Below, piece by piece: positions 9,822-17,997 of a stretch of DNA of 64,000 nt; positions within the stretch are counted from its first letter, which is position 1, and each line of letters begins with the position of its first letter. The position numbers and the translations under genes were made by a program. The DNA is from an uncultured Gemmatimonadales bacterium (GTDB taxonomy: Bacteria; Gemmatimonadota; Gemmatimonadetes; Longimicrobiales; RSA9). The stretch lies in NCBI GenBank assembly GCA_963741945.1, contig CAVUKA010000003.1, positions 755,998 to 819,997 of the forward strand, written 5' to 3'. The notes beneath the pieces are model-generated. The model did no database searches and was not told the origin of the DNA. It saw nothing but the letters and a program-made list of their open reading frames with translations.

Positions 9822-10583
9822 TCAGGTCATGGCTCCCTGCGCCAGCCACCATGCGCCCGCGCCCAGCAGCGCGACCCCGGAGGCCCTGGCGATCCAGTGC
9901 CCGCCGGGGAGCGCCTTCTCGGCAAGCATGAAGGCGGTCAGCGCGGCCATCCAGCGCAGGTCCATCACCCCGACCACGAGCATCAGCGCCATGAGCGCCC
10001 AGCAGCAGAGCACGCACTCGCCGCCGTGGAGGATCCCCAGGCGAACGGCGCCGCCGGCGCCCGGTCGCCACTCGGTCAGCAGGAAGCCCATTGGCGTGCG
10101 GCAGCGGTGCAGGCACGCGTGCTTGAGCGGGCTCAGCTGGTAGACCCCCGCACCGATCAGGACCCCGCCCGAGAGGAGCGCATTCTCGCTGGCGCCGGCG
10201 GGCGAGAGGAGCGAGGCGGAAGCGAGCGCCCACTGCGCCGCCGCCCCCGCCACGCTCACGCCTCCCCAGACGAGCAGGTACGAGAGAACGAACAGGGCGC
10301 TCCGGGCCACGTGGCCCTTCGCCTCTCGCCGGCTGATCGCCGCGTACGTCATGATCATCGGCGACGCCGCCGGGAGCATCATCCCGGCCATCATGATCGC
10401 CCACATGACGACGGCCAGCACCGGCTCGCTTCCGGGGCCCGCGGCGTGCCGCCCCATCGCCCCATCGATCGTGTAGAGCCAGCAGAGCGCCGTTGCGGCA
10501 CCCACGCCGCCGAGAAGGATGAGCCGGTCGCGGCCGAGCCCGGTGAGCACGCTCACCGGGCCACCGCGCCGCGCCCCGCTCAC
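9822..10583 (-). CDS. DUF2182 family predicted metal-binding membrane protein
   Basis: MWAIMMAGMMLP, YQLSPLKHACLHRCRTP, CVLCCWALM; GTGA overlap with upstream gene. Confidence 0.85.
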   Translation of the reverse strand: MSGARRGGPVSVLTGLGRDRLILLGGVGAATALCWLYTIDGAMGRHAAGPGSEPVLAVVMWAIMMAGMMLPAASPMIMTYAAISRREAKGHVARSALFVLSYLLVWGGVSVAGAAAQWALASASLLSPAGASENALLSGGVLIGAGVYQLSPLKHACLHRCRTPMGFLLTEWRPGAGGAVRLGILHGGECVLCCWALMALMLVVGVMDLRWMAALTAFMLAEKALPGGHWIARASGVALLGAGAWWLAQGAMT

Positions 10584-11185
10584 GGCCCGGCGTAGCGGAA
10601 CGGCGCGACCATGGCCTGACGGCCGGAGCTCTGGAACGCAATGTCGTGGTCGCCGAAGCGCGCTGTGCTGGCGCGTCCGATCACGGCGGTGTTGCCCGGA
10701 GAGATCGCCAGCGGATTCCCCTCCACCGTCACCGGCCCGCCGCCCTGCCCTTCGATCGGCTCCCACTCCGACTCACCGACCTCCCCCACGCGCAGCCGGC
10801 CTCGCCGGCCGTCGCTCTCGAAATCGATCGGCACCACGTGCACTCCCGCCACGTCCGCGATGTGCGAGGCGATCATCGCCGGATGGCCACCCGCCTTGCC
10901 GCCGAAGATCGACGTCAGCGCTTCCCGCTGCTCCGCCGTCCCACGCTCATCAATGTAGAGCGCCGCACGCCAGTTCTTCTCCTTCATGTTCCCCGGCGTG
11001 TACACGCCCACGGCCACATTGAGGCCATCGAGCGCCACGTCGCCATAACGGCCTTCATCAATGTGCCAGCCCACGATTGCCGTGCAGTCGCCCTCCGTAG
11101 GCTCGCTCAGCACGATGCATGGGCACACGGCTTCACAGGTGCACGCCTCCGTGTACGTTCCGTCGAGAGTCCACTGTTCCGCCAT
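10580..11185 (-). CDS. DUF1326 family protein
   Basis: W.L.G.Y.EACTCEAVCPC...C, WHIDEGRYGDVALDGL, LYIDERG; RBS GGGAGGAG. Confidence 0.85.
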   Translation of the reverse strand: MAEQWTLDGTYTEACTCEAVCPCIVLSEPTEGDCTAIVGWHIDEGRYGDVALDGLNVAVGVYTPGNMKEKNWRAALYIDERGTAEQREALTSIFGGKAGGHPAMIASHIADVAGVHVVPIDFESDGRRGRLRVGEVGESEWEPIEGQGGGPVTVEGNPLAISPGNTAVIGRASTARFGDHDIAFQSSGRQAMVAPFRYAGP

Positions 11186-11454
11186 GACACTCCTCCCTTC
11201 TGGAACTGTCCCTGAATGATGCGCCGGGTGACGCGACTCGCCGCATTCTGCGGCCGCCTGGCGGCCCCGCGGCGCCCGAACTCCACCGCCGACCCCGCAG
11301 AAGGCGACAGCCCCGCTTCGTGTCTGGCTCCTGGTGGCTGGAGGAGCGGGTGACGGGAGGCGGGTACAGCGTCGTGGGACCCCGTCCATTCTGCTGATGC
11401 AATTTCTTCACCTGGACATGCTTAATGCCCGCCAGCAGGTCGCGGAGCGAATCC

Positions 11455-11877
11455 TCAGTTGAAGAGGTCCGTGAAGATGATCACCGCGGCCGTGGCGGCG
11501 GTGCCGATGGCCGACTCGATCCAGTAGCCGGTGCTGAACGGCGGCGTCGCCACCAGGATCGCGGCCGGCTCGCCGGCCCGGACGGTCACCCGCTCCGTGT
11601 GGTCGATGGCCTCGCGCCGCCGGCCCTCGGAGGCGGTGACCGTCACTTCCCGCTCACCGGCGGGGATCCCGCTGATCTCGACCCGCTTCGTGAACTTGTC
11701 CTCCACCACCAGCGACTGCCCCACCCGGACGCTCACGGCATGGATCGGCTCGGTGAACCGCACGATGACCGTCCCCGTCGAAGCGGGCGTCGGCAGCTCC
11801 GGATACCTCGCCTGTACGTCGGCCGCGCACCCTGACACCATCAGCGCGAGGACCAGAGACATCGTCGTCTTCGTCAC
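11455..11877 (-). CDS. Hypothetical lipoprotein with C-terminal TM segment
   Basis: Lipobox-like VSGC after a hydrophobic stretch, beta-rich core. Confidence 0.6.
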   Translation of the reverse strand: MTKTTMSLVLALMVSGCAADVQARYPELPTPASTGTVIVRFTEPIHAVSVRVGQSLVVEDKFTKRVEISGIPAGEREVTVTASEGRRREAIDHTERVTVRAGEPAAILVATPPFSTGYWIESAIGTAATAAVIIFTDLFN

Positions 11878-12023
11878 GGCGCTCTCCTTTCCCGTGAGCG
11901 TCTGGATCCCGGAGGTCGTGAGCGATCGGGCAGGGGCGATCCTGAATATGCCCACCGGCGATCCGCGCGATCAAGTGAGGCGGATGCCCCCGAGCGAGCG
12001 GGGGCGCCGGAACCGGCGGGTGG

Positions 12024-12211
12024 GGGCTGCGGGCTGCGGGCTGCGGGCTGCGGGCTGCGGGCTGCGGGCTGCGGGCTGCGGGTGCGGGTGCGGGTGCGGG
12101 TGCGGGTGCGGGTGCGGGTGCGGGTGCGGGTGCGGGTGCGGGTGCGGGTGCGGGTGCGGGTGCGGGTGCGGGTGCGGGTGGGGGTGCGGGTGCGGGTGGG
12201 GGTGCGGGTGC
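12024..12211 (+). repeat. Compound simple-sequence repeat: (GGGCTGC)x8 then (GGGTGC/GGGTGG)x22
   Basis: Read directly from sequence. Confidence 0.95.
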
Positions 12212-12234
12212 CCCCCCGCCCTCGGCGCGGGTGT

Positions 12235-12402
12235 TTGTTCAACGGGGTGGCTCATGGAGGACGATTGTACGATTGTCGGCACTATGTGCCGTTGTCTGTG
12301 CAGTGGACCCGGCGCCACCGCTTCCCTGAACGATCTCCGGCACTATCCGCCGGAAATCGTTCAACGCACCGGCGAACGGGAACGCAGTGAACGATCGACG
12401 GC
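12235..12402. repeat. 61-bp-period array of 37-bp imperfect palindromes (two full and two half units)
   Basis: Units 12266-12302 and 12327-12363 (TGWACGA...CGGC-N6-GCCG...GTKCA); half units end at 12241 and start at 12388. Confidence 0.8.
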
Positions 12403-12571
12403 GCTCCGGGCCCCGGTTCCCGCCCAGCGTCGCCTGGATGGGATATGGACGACGACGCGTGGACCGGCTCCCGCCTCCCTGGCCCGGCGCCGCGCGCCGG
12501 AACCGGTGAGACCGCCCCGCAACTCCGCCGCCACCGGCTTCCGCCTCCACGGCCGGGGCAGCGCGGTCGCC

Positions 12572-12628
12572 GGGGGACCGGGCGACCGGGGGACCGGGGG
12601 ACCGGGGGACCGGGGGACCGGGGAGACC
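12572..12628 (+). repeat. 8-bp tandem repeat (GGGGGACC) x 6-7
   Basis: Read directly; just past the DUF4386 stop codon. Confidence 0.9.
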
Positions 12629-12634
12629 GCGGCG

Positions 12635-13378
12635 CTACCCCGCCGCCACCGGCTCCCGCCTCGCGGACGCCGGCTCCGCCGGCCGCCGCACCCCGCGCGC
12701 CAGCAGGTACACCGTGAACGAAAGCTCCCCGATCACGGCGGGCACCAGGACGATGTTGGCCAGGACGTCCGCGTGCTGGGGCGCCAGCAGGTTGCCGAAG
12801 CTGTCGACCAGATAGCCGGCGCCGGCCAGGGCGAGGAGCGCGCCGAGGATGGCGGGGAAGTAGTCGGCCTTCCACACCAGCCAGCCCAGCACGACGAGGT
12901 GGAAGCCGAAGAAGAGCTGCCAGATCAGCACGCCGAACTCCCGGCTCTCGAGCGCCAGCATCGCCAGCGCCTGCAGCTGCTCCGGCCGGAACGCCTCCAG
13001 GTACGTGGCCCCGCCGAGCAGCGCCAGCGCGAATATCCCGCCGAGCAGGTTCACGCCCTGGATCACCGCCTCGCCCAGCCGCGCCGACGCCGCAACCAGC
13101 GCCGCGCCCCGACTCACCGGCCGCGTGAGCAGGTAGAGCAGCACCGTCAGCGCCACTTCCACCAGCACGATCACGCCGTCCACGGCGACGCCGGCACGCA
13201 GCAGCCCGCCGGACGCCGCCACGTTCGCCGCCGTGGCCGCCGCGTCGCCGACCACGAGGATCCGGCCGGGGACGTACATGATGCTGAACGGCCCCAGGAA
13301 GAAGAGGACCAGGTACAGCGCTCCGGCGAAGCGCGCGGTCCGGGTCAGGGCGCGCACGTCCATGGCTGCGTCGGTCAT
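12635..13378 (-). CDS. DUF4386 family membrane protein
   Basis: ARFAGALYL, DAAATAANV, LFFGFHL..LGWL, GEL..TVYLL.RG. Confidence 0.8.
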   Translation of the reverse strand: MTDAAMDVRALTRTARFAGALYLVLFFLGPFSIMYVPGRILVVGDAAATAANVAASGGLLRAGVAVDGVIVLVEVALTVLLYLLTRPVSRGAALVAASARLGEAVIQGVNLLGGIFALALLGGATYLEAFRPEQLQALAMLALESREFGVLIWQLFFGFHLVVLGWLVWKADYFPAILGALLALAGAGYLVDSFGNLLAPQHADVLANIVLVPAVIGELSFTVYLLARGVRRPAEPASARREPVAAG

Positions 13379-13620
13379 CGGATGGCTCCGGGTCAAGGGG
13401 AATCGGTCCCGCGGCGCGAGCGGGAGAGCGGGGCGCATGGGGGTGCGCCCGGCCTGTCCGCGCCGAGGTGCGCCGGGGCGCGCCGAACCAGGCCGGGCAC
13501 CCCTTGGCCGCGCCGGGGCGTGCCCGTCGGGGCGCGCTCCGGGCGACAATACGCCCCCTGCCCGCGCAGGCCAACCCGTTCTTCGTGCCGCTTCCTCCGG
13601 CCTCGACGGCGGGGGCGAGG

Positions 13621-13635
13621 TGACTAGATTGGTCA
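13621..13635. promoter_or_regulatory. Putative TA autoregulatory operator
   Basis: Imperfect palindrome TGACTAGATTGGTCA 25 bp upstream of the antitoxin ATG. Confidence 0.45.
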
Positions 13636-13660
13636 AGTCCATGAGTGACGGGAGGTCACC

Positions 13661-13969
13661 ATGCCCGAATCCCGCGTGTCCGTTGCACGACTGAAGGCCC
13701 GGCTCAGCGAGTACCTGGCCCGCGCCAAAGCCGGCGAGCCGGTGATCATCACGGACCGAGGCACGCCCGTCGCCCGGCTGGTGCCCTTGTCGGGCCCGGC
13801 GGAAGAAGCGGGGCGCAGGACCGAGCTGGGCCGCGCGGGTCTGATCCGGGACCCGGAGCGTGCGGCCGACGCTGCCTTCCTGGAAAGGTTCCTCGCGGAG
13901 CCTCGCCCGGCGGACCCGACGGGGCGGAGCCTGGAGTCGGTGCTGGAAGAGCGGGCGGAGGGCTGGTGA
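13661..13969 (+). CDS. Phd/YefM family antitoxin
   Basis: VSVARLKARLSEYL...AGEPVIITDRGTPVARLVP; GTGA overlap with PIN gene. Confidence 0.88.
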   Translation: MPESRVSVARLKARLSEYLARAKAGEPVIITDRGTPVARLVPLSGPAEEAGRRTELGRAGLIRDPERAADAAFLERFLAEPRPADPTGRSLESVLEERAEGW

Positions 13970-14384
13970 GGTACTGGGACACGTCGGCGCTGGTGCCGCT
14001 GCTGCTGGACCAGGACGCGTCCGCGGAAGTGCGAGCGCTACTGTCGTCGGACGCGGGGATCGTCGCCTGGTGGGGCACGGCCGTGGAATGCGCGTCGGCG
14101 GCTGCCGGGCTGCGGCGCGAGGAGCGGCTCACGGTGGAGGAGGAGGGGCGGGTGCTGGCGCTGCTGAAGGCGCTGCGGTCGTCCTGGGTGGAGGTGCTGC
14201 CGTCGTCGCAGCTGCGGGTGGAAGCCATGCGGCTCCTCCGGGTCCACCCGTTGAAAGCGGCGGACGCGCTCCAGCTCGCGTCGGCGCGGGTGTGGGCAGG
14301 CCGGGCGAGGGCGCCGCGCTGGTCACGTACGACGAGCGGCTGGGGCGCGCGGCGAGGCTGTAGGGGCTCGAGGTTCTGCCGTAG
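13966..14384 (+). pseudogene. vapC: VapC/PIN toxin with a frameshift (~14298) and a premature TAG (14361)
   Basis: YWDTSALVPL, LKAADALQLASA; LVTYDERLGRAARL*GLEVLP* continues in another frame. Confidence 0.8.
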
Positions 14385-14449
14385 TTGGCGCCATCAAGAA
14401 AATGAGTTGTAGCTGCCCTGTAACAATTATCTGGCGTCGAACGTCCTGA

Positions 14450-14690
14450 CGTACGTCCTGTATTTCGTGACGCCGGGGCTCGGGATCGGCGGGGACCTGG
14501 TGCTACGGCGTCCGGCATCGGGTTCGGCGCGGGCGTGGGCGCGGCGTTCATGCTGTCGCCGACCGTCGCGCTGACGGTGGAGGGCGTGTACCAGTGGGAG
14601 CGCCTCTCGTACGACGAGGGCAGCGCCAATGTCGACGTGAACGGGAACAGCGTGGGCATCCAGGTGGGGATCGCGGCCTTCCTGTTCTGA
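14450..14690 (+). pseudogene. Outer-membrane beta-barrel protein remnant
   Basis: YFVTPGLGIGGDL, then in another frame GIGFGAGVGAAFMLSPTVALTVEGVYQW...GIQVGIAAFLF* (terminal Phe); no start or signal peptide. Confidence 0.65.
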
Positions 14691-14726
14691 GGCCGAGGGA
14701 GCCCGGCGGGCGGCGTGCCGCCGGGC

Positions 14727-14837
14727 TCAGGCCGTGTAGCCGCCGTCCACGACCAGGTCGGTGCCGGTGACGTAGGCAGCTTCGTCGGAGGCGAGGAAGA
14801 GGATGGCGGCGGCCACCTCCTCCCCGTCAAGCCGCAT
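14727..14837 (-). pseudogene. C-terminal remnant of an SDR oxidoreductase
   Basis: [31 protein letters not shown] with no Rossmann N-terminus. Confidence 0.8.
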
Positions 14838-14984
14838 CTTCCGCCTCTCTCACTCATGTCCGTGTCCGTCTGGCGTGCCCGGGCCCGGCCGTTGCCGGAG
14901 GTGGTGCCGAAGCTCTGAGGCTCCGGCCTGGTCCGGGAAGATCCGGACACGCCAGACGGAGCACGGACACGCAGAGGCGCAGCC

Positions 14985-17264
14985 CTACTGCCCCGGGTGG
15001 TACACCCGCTCCGTGTGCCCCTCCAGCTGCGACGCGTAGAAGTACACGTCGCGCAGGCTGCCCATGGCGTAGATGGCGGCCTCGTCGTCGAAGTGGGGCG
15101 AGTCCGGGTGGCCGCTCTCGCCGCCGGCGGTCAGCGCCCTGGCCCGCACGCTGTCGCCGAACTCCACCACGGCCACGAAGCTGTTCCCGCTGGTGCCGTA
15201 CCACTTCTTCGTGTCCGGGTACGGCCGCGCGCCGAACGACGCCAGCGAGCCCCAGCGCGAGGAGGTGAACGGGACGGGGATGCTGTGCCGGCCGTCGTCG
15301 AAATGTGGGCCGATGTCGGGGCTGATGCGCTGGAAGCGGTTGATGTGCCCCCACGGCGTCCGCCACGTGCCGAAGTCGGCGTCGAGCCGGTCGACGGCGT
15401 CGGAGAGCGACGACAGCAGCAGCGACGCCGGCGCCCGGTCCGCCACCCAGCGGGGCGGCGACATGGACTCCGTCCGGTTCGTGGCGCGGTACGCGTGGCC
15501 CAGCATCTCCTCGCCCCAGAACACGGCCAGCGACGTGGGCACCGAGCTCACGCCCCAGCGGTAGTCCCACTGGCGCAGCCGCGCCATGGGCCCGGCGAGC
15601 TTCGCGCGCAGCGGGTCGCCCGCGGGGAGCGCGTCGTACGCCTGCACCAGCGGCGGCACCGTGATGGCGAACCACGGCAGATAGCTGTCGAACGCCAGCT
15701 CCGTGAGCGTGGCCGCGGTGAACGGGTCGTGGTCGGGAAGCAGCTTCAGCGCATGCAGCCCGCGCGCGGTCTCGTAGCGCCCGCGCTCCGCGTACTCCGG
15801 GTAGTCTTCGCGGCCTCCGGGCTGTCCGGCCCCGCGGCCGACCACGGCCAGTTGTTGGAGTTGTAGACCCAGCCCACGTCCGGGTTGATGGCGTTCGGCG
15901 TCTCCTCGATGGAGAGGACGCCGTCGTAGGCCGTCTCCGGGTTGTCGCCCGGCACGGGCTGGTTCCAGTCGAACGCCGTGCTCCGCCGCGGGATGTAGTT
16001 CGAGTGCAGGTACGCGATGTTGCCGGCCGCGTCGGCGTAGACGGTGTTGTTGGACGCGTTCGTGTGCAGCTTCATGATGTCCAGGAACACGTCCAGGTCC
16101 TTCGCCTTCGTGCGCGTGTAGCTCTGCGTCAGCGCCTCCACCGGGCTCCACATCAGGCTCACCGTCTGCCACTTCTCCCCGTTCCGGGCGACGACGGGCC
16201 CGTGCCGCGTGTACCAGACCGTGAACGTGCGCTCGGCCGTCGACCCGTCGGCGGCGCCGGTACTGGATGGTCACCGGCTTCGTCGCCACGGGCAGGTCCC
16301 GGCCGCCGTAGCGGTAGAACATCCGGCCGCCCTTCTCCGTCACGGTCTCGTCGAACCAGTCGATGTTGTCCACGCCGCTGGACGTGTGCATCCACCCGGC
16401 GGTGCGGTTGAAGCCCTGGTAGATGAAGAACTGCCCCCACGTCACCGCGCCATACGCGTCCAGCCCCTCGTCGCTCGTCATCTGGAGCTCGCTCCGGAAG
16501 TAGAACGACGTGTGCGGGTTGATGAACAGCAGCGCGTGGCCGTCCAGCGTCTTCTTCGGCGCGACGGCGAAGCCGTTGGAGCCGCGGGGCTCCCCGTCCG
16601 CCGCCCGCTGCGCCAGCCGCTCGATGCAGGCGACGAGGGGCGGGGCCGCGTCACCGGCCAGCTGACCGGTCCGGCGAGCCTCGGCGCCCGGCGTCGCCCG
16701 GGACGTTTCCGTGGGCTGACTGCCGTAGAACGCTTGGAGGGCGTCCAGGTCGATGCGCTCGATGTCGCCGCCGATGCTCCCCTCGGTGAACGAGAGCGCC
16801 ATCCACGGCTCGTAGCGCCGGATGCTGGTGCGATCGGCGTCGGGGTGCCTGTGGAGGTAGAAGTTGAGCCCGTCCGCGAACGCGTCCATGAGCTTCTTCA
16901 GCGACGCCGGGCTCCTCGCGTACATGGCCTTCAGCGAGTCCGGGTCCGCGTACATCCGGGCGCGCAGGTCCAGCCAGATCCCGGCCTCGCCCGTGGCCAG
17001 CGCGGTGCGGCCGAGGGCGAAGGCGTAGTTGGCTTCGATGCGCGGATAGTCGTCCTCCGCCTGGGCGTACTCCATGCCGAAGACGGCATCGGCATCGGTG
17101 GCGCCGCGCACGTGGGCGATGCCCCAGTCGTCGCGGGTGATGGTCACCCGGGCGGCCGTGGCCTCCCAGCGGGCGATGTCCGCCTGCGAAGGGGACTGGG
17201 ATGCGGCGCCGGCCGGAGCGACGAAGACGGCGAACGCGATGACGAAGAGAGCGGTTCTGCGCAT
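14985..17264 (-). CDS. Penicillin-acylase family (Ntn hydrolase), two compensating frameshifts (~16255, ~15815)
   Basis: Signal peptide, ITRDDWGIAHV, YAQAED, beta-chain nucleophile G|SNGFAVAP, INPHTS; middle segment encoded in ORF 15746-16162. Confidence 0.88.
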   Translation of the reverse strand: MRRTALFVIAFAVFVAPAGAASQSPSQADIARWEATAARVTITRDDWGIAHVRGATDADAVFGMEYAQAEDDYPRIEANYAFALGRTALATGEAGIWLDLRARMYADPDSLKAMYARSPASLKKLMDAFADGLNFYLHRHPDADRTSIRRYEPWMALSFTEGSIGGDIERIDLDALQAFYGSQPTETSRATPGAEARRTGQLAGDAAPPLVACIERLAQRAADGEPRGSNGFAVAPKKTLDGHALLFINPHTSFYFRSELQMTSDEGLDAYGAVTWGQFFIYQGFNRTAGWMHTSSGVDNIDWFDETVTEKGGRMFYRYGGRDLPVATKPVTIQYRRRRRVDGRAHVHGLVHAARARRRPERGEVADGEPDVEPGGGADAELHAHEGEGPGRVPGHHEAAHERVQQHRLRRRGRQHRVPALELHPAAEHGVRLEPARAGRQPGDGLRRRPLHRGDAERHQPGRGLGLQLQQLAVVGRGAGQPGGREDYPEYAERGRYETARGLHALKLLPDHDPFTAATLTELAFDSYLPWFAITVPPLVQAYDALPAGDPLRAKLAGPMARLRQWDYRWGVSSVPTSLAVFWGEEMLGHAYRATNRTESMSPPRWVADRAPASLLLSSLSDAVDRLDADFGTWRTPWGHINRFQRISPDIGPHFDDGRHSIPVPFTSSRWGSLASFGARPYPDTKKWYGTSGNSFVAVVEFGDSVRARALTAGGESGHPDSPHFDDEAAIYAMGSLRDVYFYASQLEGHTERVYHPGQ

Positions 17265-17529
17265 TGTGGCTGTGCTGAAAGGGATGACGGTACGCGGGCG
17301 CGGGGCCGGCATACGGTAGCGCGCGGGCGTGTCGGGCGCCACAGGAGGGCCGCATGCGCGGGTCACACGAAGCCACGGAGGAACGAAGCGGGGCGGGGCT
17401 GCCACTGCGGAAAACGCCCGCTCCCGCCCACGCGAATCGGGGACGTCCGCCGAGATGCTTGAAGGCGGCGGATCCGGGCGTTAGCGTGGTCTTCGGCGAA
17501 GCCCCCTCACGCGTTACCGGAGCGATCCA

Positions 17530-17946
17530 ATGCGCAGTCGAGCCGCTCTCGCGGTGGTGGTGGCAGCAAGCATGTCTCTTCTGGCCTGCGGCTCGGACTC
17601 TTCCCCGGCCATCACCGACCCGGAGGAGACGAACATCCCGGCGGTGGGGAACCAGCCGAACTCGTTCGCGTTCGTCGTGCTCGCCAGGGATCTGACGCTC
17701 GACCGGATCGACGCGGTGTCGTTCACCAGCGACTCCACGAGCGTGGGGCTCACGGTGATGGGATACGAGGGCGGCACTGGCACTCTCGAGGTGTTCGACG
17801 CGACGGACGCGGCCATCCTCACCCGCCAGCTGGGCGCCAACGTGGCGGAGGGCACCACCATCCCGCTGGCCGCGCGTCCGGCGAGGGTCCGCATCCGCTT
17901 CGCGGGCTACTCGGGGGTCGTGGCGATCGGCGTCCACGCGGACTAG
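17530..17946 (+). CDS. Hypothetical lipoprotein
   Basis: Lipobox LLAC, beta-sandwich-like composition. Confidence 0.7.
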   Translation: MRSRAALAVVVAASMSLLACGSDSSPAITDPEETNIPAVGNQPNSFAFVVLARDLTLDRIDAVSFTSDSTSVGLTVMGYEGGTGTLEVFDATDAAILTRQLGANVAEGTTIPLAARPARVRIRFAGYSGVVAIGVHAD

Positions 17947-17997
17947 GGCGAACCCGGGCCCGTGCGGCGGCGGGCGGGAAGCGCCCGGGTGCCCGGC

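Noticed and set aside
11398-11413. Sigma54-like GG-N10-GC upstream of DUF1326 (AGGTGAAGAAATTGCA)
   Set aside because: The -12 box is good but the -24 box lacks the GGCAC core, and it lies over 200 bp from the start
12235-12402. Canonical CRISPR array
   Set aside because: Repeats too divergent, only two full units, spacers homologous between loci, no cas genes; kept as a palindromic repeat finding
11531-13627. ORFs through the microsatellite giving poly-(Cys-Gly), poly-(His-Pro), poly-(Arg-Val) or poly-(Thr-Arg) tracts, resembling metal-binding peptides
   Set aside because: All frames are open simply because the repeat lacks stops; flanks are not protein-like and the long one overlaps real genes antisense
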